Source of the DNA: Isurus oxyrinchus
Lineage: Eukaryota
Length of the DNA stretch: 64,000 nt
Assembly (NCBI GenBank): GCA_026770705.1
Contig: JANJGN010000048.1
Location: 1,736,001-1,800,000, forward strand
Reading direction: 5' to 3'
The notes below the pieces were generated by a model. That model had not been told where the DNA came from and did not search any database. It saw nothing but the letters and a program-made list of their open reading frames with translations. Shown here one piece after another: positions 37,401 to 50,322 of the stretch. Position numbers and translations under genes: made by a program. The stretch's first letter is position 1. The number at the start of each line of letters is the position of its first letter.

Positions 37401-38385
37401 ACCCATGTCCAGGTTTCCAATATGGCCAATGCCTCGATATAATCACCAACAATCAGCATACAATCACCCCCAATATCGTTACAATCACCCCCAATATCGT
37501 TACAATCACCCCCAATATCGTTACAATCACCCCCAATATCGATACAATCACGTCCAATCTCGTTACAATCAAGCACAATCGCGATACAATCACCCACAAT
37601 CTCGATTCAATCACCCACAATCAAGATACAATCACCCCGAATCTCGATACAATCAACGCTAATCACGATACAATCACCCCCAATCTCGATACAGTCACCC
37701 ACAATCTCGGCACAATCACCCCCAATCTCGATACAATGACACCCAAATTCGAAACAATTACTTCTAGCAGTGTGAAGAATGTGAAATCCACCTAACATCT
37801 CAAACGCTGGGAAATGTTTCTTCCCATCGACTCTGTCCAGACCCCTCATGATTTTGAATCCCTCCATCAAACCTCCTGTCAACATTCCCTCCTCGAAGGG
37901 GAAAAGCCCCAGACTCTGCACCGCCTCCGCGGAACTGAAGCTTCTTGTCTCACGAGCGCCTCTGGTTATAAACTCAGTGCAACCCATTCATAAACCTTCG
38001 CATCCTTCCCAAGGAGTGCTGCCTAGAATGTGACACCATATTCTGGGTGAGTTACTTACCGAACACAAACTGCCAGCACTGTGAACCACCGACTTGGACT
38101 CTGCTGAACGAGTGCTTGATCTTTGAGTGTTGTGAGTCAACAAGCACACAAAACAGTGAACGCACAAATGTGTGGCTGAGGGCTCATGGTTGTCTCAATG
38201 AACAACCAAAGTTGCTGCTTTGTTTTTGTAAACAGCTTTATTTTGAAGCCATTCCGACAGCTGGCACATCCTTCATTAAATTCGGATGTTGCCGAATAAT
38301 CTCTCTTTGCACATATGAAGCGAGTTTACCATGTCTGTGGGTATCAAGGTGAGAAACTGTGCACGGTTGCATTCAAAACATCAAA

Positions 38386-38457
38386 TGGAGATGCCGGGGA
38401 TTGAACCCGGGACATCATACATGCGAAGCATGCGCTCTACCACTGAGCTACATCCCC
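38386..38457 (-). tRNA. tRNA-Ala-CGC: tRNA-Ala(CGC), intact
   Basis: Same sequence as the 18645 copy; T4 terminator present. Confidence 0.95.
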
Positions 38458-41400
38458 AACGGCATTTGCCGAGTTCATAATGAAGCTCTTTGACCATGTC
38501 CTATTCGCCTCCGCCAATCATTGAACCTCTTTCCAGCTCTACCTGTGCCACCGCCCTCAATCAGCTTGTATTTCACCTCATTTCCACTCTTCCTCAGTTC
38601 TGATGAAGTATCATATGGACTCGAAACGTGAACTGTATGCCTTTCTGCAGATGCTGTCAGACCACCTGAGATTTTCCAGCTATTTTTATTTTTGTGTAGT
38701 TATCGGCAATTTCACCGTCTGAAACTATTCTACAATTAAATAAAAACGCTCCTTTCAGGTGAAGCAATTATTTACTGCTTCCTCTTCCACTCACGAAGGG
38801 TAACAGTCGTAATCTGGTTGTATTAGGTTGGTTGAGCCCCAAGGCTCATCCACTGGGGACCTGGATTCAATTCGAAATTTAGGTAGCAAATTGTGGAATC
38901 GAAAACTCGTCTTCCATTAACGGTGAGCATGAAATTGGCACCGATTGGTTTAAAAACCCAGCTGCTTCTCGAACACCCTTCAGGGAAGGAAGATCTTCAT
39001 CCTCATCAGACCTGTCCTGCTTGTAACTTATCACACGTAGCAATGCTGTTGCCTGTTAACTATCCTCTGAAAGGGCCCAGCAAGCCACCCAGCTCAAGGG
39101 CAATTAGGGAAGGGTAATGAAGTCATAGCGTGCCAGTGACAACCACATCCCATGAAGAACAAAGGAAATATAAAATTCTACCTCTGCATTCGCTGCTGCA
39201 GTGTGGACACCACTATTTTAGGAAAAATCAACACAGGCTGGGTGCCCACTTTGTAGAAATGCTCTGCTCAGTCCACAAACATGGCCCCGCCCCGGTTGCT
39301 ATTCCAGTCCAGCATCTTGCTCTCATGCTCACATTTGCGTCCTCGGCCTGACGCAATGTTCCAATGAAGCCCAATAAAGTTCTCAGAAAGGAACCTCACA
39401 TTCCAATTTGGCGTCTTCCAGCCTTATGGAATCAAAACTGATGTCAACATCTTCAGTCAATGAACTCTGTCCTCTATTTGTATTATGTTCCCCGTTTTTC
39501 AGTCTATATCATTTTCTGATATTTTGCTTTCAGGCAGCACAGACCTTTATTCTCCTATTACCACATACTGCTATTTTGCTTTCAGAAAGCGCTGACCTTT
39601 AATCTGCTATTATCACCTGCTCTGGACCAATGCTTTGTACATTTACTCATACCACACACCCTCAAAAGCTTATTCCCACCTGGAGAATTTCAAAGATGAA
39701 GCACGGGAAATGAGAGGAGAATGTTTCTAATTCGTAAACACATTCGTGGACTTTGGAGAGGAGAGGGACTTTCGAGATGGGAGCGGTGTCTTTCAGGTGC
39801 AGAGAGTTCATTATCTCTAAATTTTTCAGTGAAGTGACATGACTAAACAGGTTTGAAACGGATGATGGTGCCTCAAGAGAGAACCCTGAACAATATTGAC
39901 TGACCTGGGAACCAGGATGAGAGGTTTGAGGGGTCAGAATTTTATTGGGAGCAGAGTCCAGGGAACAAGAGGTGGGGCTCATGGAAAGGATGCGTTCCCC
40001 TGTTCCTGGAACAGCTCAACAGCGCCCTCCCTGGAGAATCACTGTCAGCAACTCCTGCATCCCTCTTTTGAAATGCACGTCTCCACACGTTTCAGAACTA
40101 ATAGTCCTAAAGAAGTGTTGCTGGAGAGAAAGAGGGTGATAACAATTTAGCCCTTGGAAGCTAAAATGAAAACAGAAAGAATTGAAAAACCCGTCAGAAC
40201 TGAAAGCACCAGTGGAGAGAGAAGCAGGTGGTTTTCAGAGCCGGATGTGGGTCTTCTTCGGAAGAGAGGAGTGAGATTGGGGTGTGATGGGATCTGTGCT
40301 GGGCAGAAAATGACAGAAGAGCATCTGGGGCTAAGGAGGTGAGGGATAATTTAAATAGAGGGGCATATTGAATGAAAACGTTGTCATTGAACATAAGACA
40401 AAGAGAGCCTTTATTTTGCTCCCGCATGACCTATTCTGAAACATTCTAGCCTGCGTCACAACTCACCCCCAAAAGCAAGTGCGAGGAGCTGATGGAACTA
40501 TCTGTCATTGGGTTTGGGACTGTCCAATGAACTGCCTCTACCAGTGATCACACATTCTGCTATTTTGCACTCAATCAGCGCCCACCTTTATTCTGCTGTT
40601 ATCACCTACTCGGCATGAATACTTCCTGCCGCAAAGCCAGAAAACAGTCGCCCAGAGTAGGTGATAACAGCAGAATAATTGTGGCTGCTGTCTGAGAGCA
40701 AAATAGCGGAATGCTGTCACACTGGAAGAGGCAGGTCATTGGACAGATCAAATCCAAATGACAAAGCGTTCAATCAGCTCCTCGTATTTGTTGCTGGGGG
40801 TGAGTGTGTAGGCCAGCGAGAGTGTTTCAGAGTAATGTATGGATTAGTAAACGTTATTCCTGGGCTAACTTTGATTCCCTGCATGGTCCTTGGAGTTGAG
40901 CAGAGATGGGAGCTTAACTGGCGCCGAGGCCGGCTTGACGAAAGCCATGGTTTTAAGAGAGAGCAGGACATCGATGATGGCACATCCAAGAGAGTGACTG
41001 CGAAACTGATTAGTAAACTTGCAGCGAGAGGGTGTTTCAGAGAGGAGGGTAAATGGGCTGCGTGTAAAGAGGAAAGAGAATACGAGGAATTGGAGATGCA
41101 GTAACGTGAGGAGGGAAGTCACACAATGCAATGGCAGAGGGAGAGTAGCAGTGAAGATATCTAGGTGCCAATGGTGTGATGATGATTTGGTGAGGCCTGG
41201 CGAAGGGGGATGAGATTGCAGGAATGCAGTGAGATTACCAAAGAAGGAGAAAGTGCAAGACAAATCAAAGGAAGCTCTAAGGTGTGACATGGTTGCAAAT
41301 GCCAGGCTAGCATCATGACAGGCTGAGCTGGGTGGATGCCAGATGGAGAAGTGGAGGCTGCATTCACAGGGAAGATGCGATCCACCCACGTTCAGGTTTC

Positions 41401-42326
41401 CAATATGGCCAAGACCCCGATATAATCACCAACAATCAGCATACAATCACCCCTAATATCGATATAATCACCCCCAATATCGATACAATCACGGCCAATC
41501 TCGATACAATCAAGCACAATCGCGATACAATCACCCACAATCTCGATACAATCACCCACAATCTCGATGCAATCACCCCCAATCTCGATACAATCAACGC
41601 TAATCGCGATACAATCACCCCCAATCTCGATACAATCACCCACAATCTCGGCACAATCACCCCCAATCTCGATACAATGACACCCAATTTCGAAACAATT
41701 ACTTCTAGCAGGGTGAAGAATGTGAAATCCACCTAACATCTCAAACGCTGGGAAATGTTTCTTCCCATTGACTCTGTCCAGACCACTCATGATTTTGAAC
41801 CCCTCCATCAAACCTCCTGTCAACATTCCCTCCTCGAAGGGGAAAAGCCCCAGACTCTGCAACGCCTCTGCGGAACTGAAGCTTCTTGTCTCACGAGCGC
41901 CTCTGGTTATAAACTCAGTGCAACCCATTCATAAACCTTCGCATCCTTCCCATGGAGTGCTGCCTAGAATGTGGCACCATATTCAGGGTGAGTTACTTAC
42001 CGAACACAAACTTCCAGCACTGTGAACCAGCGACTTGGACTCTGCTGAACGAGTGCTTGATCTCTGAGTGTTGTGAGTCAACAAGCACACAAAACAGTGA
42101 ACGCATAACTGTGTGGCTGCGGGCTCATGGTTGTCTCAATGAACAACCACAGTTGCTGCTTTGTTTTGTAAACAGCTTTATTTTGAAGCCATTCTGACAG
42201 GTGGCACATGCTTCATTGAATTCGGAATGTTGCCGAATAATCTCTCTCTGCACATATGAAGCGAGTTTACCATTTCTGTATGTGTTAAGGTGAGAAACTG
42301 TGCACAGCTGTATTCAAAGCATCAAA

Positions 42327-42398
42327 TGGAGATACCAGGTGATGAACCCGGGACCTCATACTTGCGAAGCATGCGCACTTCCACTGATCTACATCCCC
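42327..42398 (-). pseudogene. tRNA-Ala(CGC) pseudogene
   Basis: GGGGATGTAGATCAGTGGAAGTGCGCATGCTTCGCAAGTATGAGGTCCCGGGTTCATCACCTGGTATCTCCA. D stem broken, A58 lost from the B box, and the downstream T4 reduced to T3. Confidence 0.85.
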
Positions 42399-45300
42399 AA
42401 CGGCTTTTGCTAGAATCATAATGAAGCTTTTTGTTTGTGTCCTATTTGCCTCCGGCAATCATTGAACCTCTTTCCAGCTCTACCTGTGCCACCGCCCTCA
42501 ATCAGCTTGTATTTCACCTCATTTCTATTCTTCCTCAGTTCTGATGAAGTATCATATGGACTCGAAACGTGAACTGTATGCCTCTCCGCAGATGCTGTCA
42601 GACCAGCTGAGATTTTCCAGCTATTTTTATTTTTGTGTAGTTACCGGCAATTTCACTGTCTGAAACTATTCTACAATTAAGTAAAATCGCTCCGTTCAGG
42701 TGAAGCAATTATTTACTGCTTCCTCTTCCACTCACGAAGGGTAACAGTTGTAATCTGGTTATATTAGGTTGGTTGAGCCCCAGGCTCATCCACTGGGGAC
42801 CTGGATTCAAGTCGAAATTTAGGTAGCAAATTGTGGAATTGAAAACTCGTCTTCCATTAACGGTGAGCATGAAATTGGCACCGATTGGTTTAAAAACCCA
42901 GCTGGTTCACGAACACCCTGCAGGGAAGGAAGATCTTCATCCTCATCAGGCATGTCATACTTGTGACTTTCCACACGTAGTAATGTGGTTGTCTGTTAAC
43001 TGTCCTCTGAAAGGGCCGAGCAAGCCACTCACCTTAAGGGCAATTAGGGAAGGGTAATGAAGTCACATCTTGCCAGTGACGGCCACATCCCATGAAAGAA
43101 CAAAGGAAATATAAAATTCTACTAGTGCATTCGTTGCTGACAGTGTGGACATCTCTGTTTTAGGATAACTCAACAAAGGCTGGGTGCCCACTTTGTAGAA
43201 CATCTCTGCTCAGTCCACAAACATGGCCTCGCCCTGGTTGCAATTCCAGTCCAGCATCTTGCTCTCATGCTCACATTTCAGTCTTCCGCCTGATGCAATA
43301 TTCCAGTGAAGCCCAATAAATTTCTCAGAAATGAACCTCACCGTCCAATTAGGGGTCTTCCAGCCTTATGGAATCAAAACTGATGTCAACATCTTCAGTC
43401 AATGAACTCTGTCCTCTATTTGTATTATGTTCCCCGATTTTCAGTCTATATCATTTTCTGATATTTTGCTTTCAAGCAGCACAGACCTTTATTCTCCTAT
43501 TACCACATACTGCTATTTTGCTTTCAGAAAGCGCTGACCTTTAATCTGCTATTATCACCTGCACTGGACCAATGCTTTGTACCTTTACTCATACCACACA
43601 CCCTCAAAAGCGTATTCCCACCTGGAGAATTTCAAACATGATGCACGTGAAATGAGGTGAAAATGTTTCTAATTCGGAAACACATTCGTGGACTTTGGAG
43701 AGGAGAGGGAATTTGGAGATGGGAGCAGTGTCTTTCAGGTGCAGAAAGTTCATTATCTCTACATTTATTAGTGAAGTGACATGACTAAACAGGTTTGAAA
43801 TGGATGATGGTGCCGCAAGAGAGAACCCTGAACAATATTGACTGACCTGGGAACCAGGATGGGAGGTTTGAGTGGTCAGAATTTCAGTGGGAGCAGATCC
43901 CAGGGAACAAGAGGTCGGGCTCATGGAAAGGATGAGTTCCCCGGTTCCTGGAACAGCTCAACAGCGCCCTCACTGGAGAGTCACTGACAGCAACTCCTGC
44001 ATCCCCCTTTTGAAATGTACGTCTCCACACCTTTCAGAACTAATAGTCCTAAAGAAGTGATGCTGGAGAGAAAGAGGGTGATAACAATTTAGCACTTGGA
44101 AGCTGAAATGAAAACAGAAAGAGTTGAGAAACTTGTCAGAACTGGCAGCACCAGTGGAGAGAGAAGCAGGTGGTTTTCAGAGCCGTATATGCGTCTTCTT
44201 CCAAAGAGAGGAGAGCGATAGGGGTGTGATGTGATCTGTGCTGGTCACAATATGACAGAAGAACATCTGGGGCTAAGGAGGTGAGGGATAACTTAGATAG
44301 CGGGGCAGATTGAATGAAAACGTTGTCATTGAAAACACGACAAAGAGAGCCTTTATTTTGCTCCCGCATGACCTATTCTGAAAAATTCTAGCCTGCGTCC
44401 GAACTCACCCCCAAAAGCAAGTGCGAGGAGCTGATGGAACTATCTGTCATTGGGTTTGGGACTGTCCAATGAGCTGCCTCTGCCAGTGATCACACATTCT
44501 GCTATTTTGCACTCAGTCAGCATCCACCTTTATTCTGCTGTTATCACCTACTCCGGGTGAAACTTCCTGCCGCAAAGCCAGAAAACAGTTGCCCAGAGTA
44601 GGTGATAACAACAGAATAAACGTGGCTGCTGTCTGAGAGCAAAATAGCGGACTGCTTTCGCACTGGAAGAGGCAGCTCATTGCACAATACAAAACCAAAT
44701 GACAAAGCGTTCAATCAGCTCCTCGTAGTTGTTGCTGGGGGTGAGTGTGTAGGCCAGCGAGAGTGTTTCAGAGTAACGTATGGATTAGTAAACGGTATCC
44801 CTGGGCTAACTTTGATTCCCTGCATGGTCCTTAAAGTTGAGCAGAGATGGGAGCTTAACTGGGGCAGAGGCCGGCGTGACGAAAGCCATGGTGTTAAGAG
44901 AGAGCAGGACATCGATGATGGCACATCCAAGAGAGTGACTGCGAAACTGATTGATAAACTTGCAGCGAGAGGGTGTTTCAGAGAGGAGGGTAAACGGGCT
45001 GCGTGTAAAGAGGAAAGAGAATACGAGGAATTGGAGATGCAGTAACGTGAGGAGGGAAGTCACACAATGCAATGGCAGAGGGAGAGTAGCAGTGAAGATA
45101 TCTAGGTGCCAATGGTGTGATGATGATTTGGTGAGTCCTGGCGAAGAGGGATGAGATTGCAGGAATGCAGTGAGATTACCAAAGAAGGAGAAAGGGCAAG
45201 AGAAATGAAAGGAAGCTCTAAGGTGTGACATGGTTGCAAATGCCAGGCTAGCGTCATGACAGGCTGAGCTGGGTCAATGGCAGATGGAGAAGTGGGGGAT

Positions 45301-46308
45301 TCATTACAGGGAAGATTCGATCCACCCATGTCCAGGTTTCCAATATGGCCAATGCCTCGATATAATCACCAACAATCAGCATACAATCACCCCCAATATC
45401 GTTACAATCACCCCCAATATCGTTACAATCACCCCCAATATCGTTACAATCACCCCCAATATCGATACAATCACGTCCAATCTCGTTACAATCAAGCACA
45501 ATCGCGATACAATCACCCACAATCTCGATACAATCACCCACAATCAAGATACAATCACCCCGAATCTCGATACAATCAACGCTAATCACGATACAATCAC
45601 CCCCAATCTCGATACAGTCACCCACAATCTCGGCACAATCACCCCCAATCTCGATACAATGACACCCAAATTCGAAACAATTACTTCTAGCAGTGTGAAG
45701 AATGTGAAATCCACCTAACATCTCAAACGCTGGGAAATGTTTCTTCCCATCGACTCTGTCCAGACCCCTCATGATTTTGAATCCCTCCATCAAACCTCCT
45801 GTCAACATTCCCTCCTCGAAGGGGAAAAGCCCCAGACTCTGCACCGCCTCCGCGGAACTGAAGCTTCTTGTCTCACGAGCGCCTCTGGTTATAAACTCAG
45901 TGCAACCCATTCATAAACCTTCGCATCCTTCCCAAGGAGTGCTGCCTAGAATGTGACACCATATTCTGGGTGAGTTACTTACCGAACACAAACTGCCAGC
46001 ACTGTGAACCAGCGACTTGGACTCTGCTGAACGAGTGCTTGATCTTTGAGTGTTGTGAGTCAACAAGCACACAAAACAGTGAACGCACAAATGTGTGGCT
46101 GCGGGCTCATGGTTGTCTCAATGAACAACCAAAGTTGCTGCTTTGTTTTTGTAAACAGCTTTATTTTGAAGCCATTCCGACAGCTGGCACATCCTTCATT
46201 GAATTCGGATGTTGCCGAATAATCTCTCTTTGCACATATGAAACGAGTTTACCATGTCTGTGGGTATCAAGGTGAGAAACTGTGCACGGTTGCATTCAAA
46301 ACATCAAA

Positions 46309-46380
46309 TGGAGATGCCGGGGATTGAACACGGGACATCATACATGCGAAGCATGCGCTCTACCACTGAGCTACATCCCC
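46309..46380 (-). tRNA. tRNA-Ala-CGC: tRNA-Ala(CGC) variant, G52U T-stem mismatch
   Basis: The + strand reads ttgaacacggg; otherwise canonical. Confidence 0.75.
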
Positions 46381-49300
46381 AACGGCATTTGCCGAGTTCA
46401 TAATGAAGCTCTTTGACCATGTCCTATTCGCCTCCGCCAATCATTGAACCTCTTTCCAGCTCTACCTGTGCCACCGCCCTCAATCAGCTTGTATTTCACC
46501 TCATTTCCACTCTTCCTCAGTTCTGATGAAGTATCATATGGACTCGAAACGTGAACTGTATGCCTTTCTGCAGATGCTGTCAGACCACCTGAGATTTTCC
46601 AGCTATTTTTATTTTTGTGTAGTTATCGGCAATTTCACCGTCTGAAACTATTCTACAATTAAATAAAAACGCTCCTTTCAGGTGAAGCAATTATTTACTG
46701 CTTCCTCTTCCACTCACGAAGGGTAACAGTTGTAATCTGGTTGTATTAGGTTGGTTGAGCCCCAAGGCTCATCCACTGGGGACCTGGATTCAATTCGAAA
46801 TTTAGGTAGCAAATTGTGGAATCGAAAACTCGTCTTCCATTAACGGTGAGCATGAAATTGGCACCGATTGGTTTAAAAACCCAGCTGCTTCTCGAACACC
46901 CTTCAGGGAAGGAAGATCTTCATCCTCATCAGACCTGTCCTGCTTGTAACTTATCACACGTAGCAATGCTGTTGCCTGTTAACTATCCTCTGAAAGGGCC
47001 CAGCAAGCCACCCAGCTCAAGGGCAATTAGGGAAGGGTAATGAAGTCATAGCGTGCCAGTGACAACCACATCCCATGAAGAACAAAGGAAATATAAAATT
47101 CTACCTCTGCATTCGCTGCTGCAGTGTGGACACCACTATTTTAGGAAAAATCAACACAGGCTGGGTGCCCACTTTGTAGAAATGCTCTGCTCAGTCCACA
47201 AACATGGCCCCGCCCCGGTTGCTATTCCAGTCCAGCATCTTGCTCTCATGCTCACATTTGCGTCCTCGGCCTGACGCAATGTTCCAATGAAGCCCAATAA
47301 AGTTCTCAGAAAGGAACCTCACATTCCAATTTGGCGTCTTCCAGCCTTATGGAATCAAAACTGATGTCAACATCTTCAGTCAATGAACTCTGTCCTCTAT
47401 TTGTATTATGTTCCCCGTTTTTCAGTCTATATCATTTTCTGATATTTTGCTTTCAGGCAGCACAGACCTTTATTCTCCTATTACCACATACTGCTATTTT
47501 GCTTTCAGAAAGCGCTGACCTTTAATCTGCTATTATCACCTGCTCTGGACCAATGCTTTGTACATTTACTCATACCACACACCCTCAAAAGCTTATTCCC
47601 ACCTGGAGAATTTCAAAGATGAAGCACGGGAAATGAGAGGAGAATGTTTCTAATTCGTAAACACATTCGTGGACTTTGGAGAGGAGAGGGACTTTCGAGA
47701 TGGGAGCGGTGTCTTTCAGGTGCAGAGAGTTCATTATCTCTAAATTTTTCAGTGAAGTGACATGACTAAACAGGTTTGAAACGGATGATGGTGCCTCAAG
47801 AGAGAACCCTGAACAATATTGACTGACCTGGGAACCAGGATGAGAGGTTTGAGGGGTCAGAATTTTATTGGGAGCAGAGTCCAGGGAACAAGAGGTGGGG
47901 CTCATGGAAAGGATGCGTTCCCCTGTTCCTGGAACAGCTCAACAGCGCCCTCCCTGGAGAGTCACTGTCAGCAACTCCTGCATCCCTCTTTTGAAATGCA
48001 CGTCTCCACACGTTTCAGAACTAATAGTCCTAAAGAAGTGTTGCTGGAGAGAAAGAGGGTGATAACAATTTAGCCCTTGGAAGCTAAAATGAAAACAGAA
48101 AGAATTGAAAAACCCGTCAGAACTGAAAGCACCAGTGGAGAGAGAAGCAGGTGGTTTTCAGAGCCGGATGTGGGTCTTCTTCGGAAGAGAGGAGTGAGAT
48201 TGGGGTGTGATGGGATCTGTGCTGGGCAGAAAATGACAGAAGAGCATCTGGGGCTAAGGAGGTGAGGGATAATTTAAATAGAGGGGCATATTGAATGAAA
48301 ACGTTGTCATTGAACATAAGACAAAGAGAGCCTTTATTTTGCTCCCGCATGACCTATTCTGAAACATTCTAGCCTGCGTCACAACTCACCCCCAAAAGCA
48401 AGTGCGAGGAGCTGATGGAACTATCTGTCATTGGGTTTGGGACTGTCCAATGAACTGCCTCTACCAGTGATCACACATTCTGCTATTTTGCACTCAATCA
48501 GCGCCCACCTTTATTCTGCTGTTATCACCTACTCGGCATGAATACTTCCTGCCGCAAAGCCAGAAAACAGTCGCCCAGAGTAGGTGATAACAGCAGAATA
48601 ATTGTGGCTGCTGTCTGAGAGCAAAATAGCGGAATGCTGTCACACTGGAAGAGGCAGGTCATTGGACAGATCAAATTCAAATGACAAAGCGTTCAATCAG
48701 CTCCTCGTATTTGTTGCTGGGGGTGAGTGTGTAGGCCAGCGAGAGTGTTTCAGAGTAATGTATGGATTAGTAAACGTTATTCCTGGGCTAACTTTGATTC
48801 CCTGCATGGTCCTTGGAGTTGAGCAGAGATGGGAGCTTAACTGGCGCCGAGGCCGGCTTGACGAAAGCCATGGTTTTAAGAGAGAGCAGGACATCGATGA
48901 TGGCACATCCAAGAGAGTGACTGCGAAACTGATTAGTAAACTTGCAGCGAGAGGGTGTTTCAGAGAGGAGGGTAAATGGGCTGCGTGTAAAGAGGAAAGA
49001 GAATACGAGGAATTGGAGATGCAGTAACGTGAGGAGGGAAGTCACACAATGCAATGGCAGAGGGAGAGTAGCAGTGAAGATATCTAGGTGCCAATGGTGT
49101 GATGATGATTTGGTGAGGCCTGGCGAAGGGGGATGAGATTGCAGGAATGCAGTGAGATTACCAAAGAAGGAGAAAGTGCAAGACAAATCAAAGGAAGCTC
49201 TAAGGTGTGACATGGTTGCAAATGCCAGGCTAGCATCATGACAGGCTGAGCTGGGTGGATGCCAGATGGAGAAGTGGAGGCTGCATTCACAGGGAAGATG

Positions 49301-50250
49301 CGATCCACCCACGTTCAGGTTTCCAATATGGCCAAGACCCCGATATAATCACCAACAATCAGCATACAATCACCCCTAATATCGATATAATCACCCCCAA
49401 TATCGATACAATCACGGCCAATCTCGATACAATCAAGCACAATCGCGATACAATCACCCACAATCTCGATACAATCACCCACAATCTCGATGCAATCACC
49501 CCCAATCTCGATACAATCAACGCTAATCGCGATACAATCACCCCCCAATCTCGATACAATCACCCACAATCTCGGCACAATCACCCCCAATCTCGATACA
49601 ATGACACCCAATTTCGAAACAATTACTTCTAGCAGGGTGAAGAATGTGAAATCCACCTAACATCTCAAACGCTGGGAAATGTTTCTTCCCATTGACTCTG
49701 TCCAGACCACTCATGATTTTGAACCCCTCCATCAAACCTCCTGTCAACATTCCCTCCTCGATGGGGAAAAGCCCCAGACTCTGCAACGCCTCTGCGGAAC
49801 TGAAGCTTCTTGTCTCACGAGCGCCTCTGGTTATAAACTCAGTGCAACCCATTCATAAACCTTCGCATCCTTCCCATGGAGTGCTGCCTAGAATGTGGCA
49901 CCATATTCAGGGTGAGTTACTTACCGAACACAAACTTCCAGCACTGTGAACCAGCGACTTGGACTCTGCTGAACGAGTGCTTGATCTCTGAGTGTTGTGA
50001 GTCAACAAGCACACAAAACAGTGAACGCATAACTGTGTGGCTGCGGGCTCATGGTTGTCTCAATGAACAACCACAGTTGCTGCTTTGTTTTGTAAACAGC
50101 TTTATTTTGAAGCCATTCTGACAGGTGGCACATGCTTCATTGAATTCGGAATGTTGCCGAATAATCTCTCTCTGCACATATGAAGCGAGTTTACCATTTC
50201 TGTTTGTGTTAAGGTGAGAAACTGTGCACAGCTGTATTCAAAACATCAAA

Positions 50251-50322
50251 TGGAGATACCAGGTGATGAACCCGGGACCTCATACTTGCGAAGCATGCGC
50301 ACTTCCACTGATCTACATCCCC
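50251..50322 (-). pseudogene. tRNA-Ala(CGC) pseudogene (duplicate of 42327 copy)
   Basis: Same disabling substitutions within the tRNA as 42327-42398, located 7924 bp away. Confidence 0.85.
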
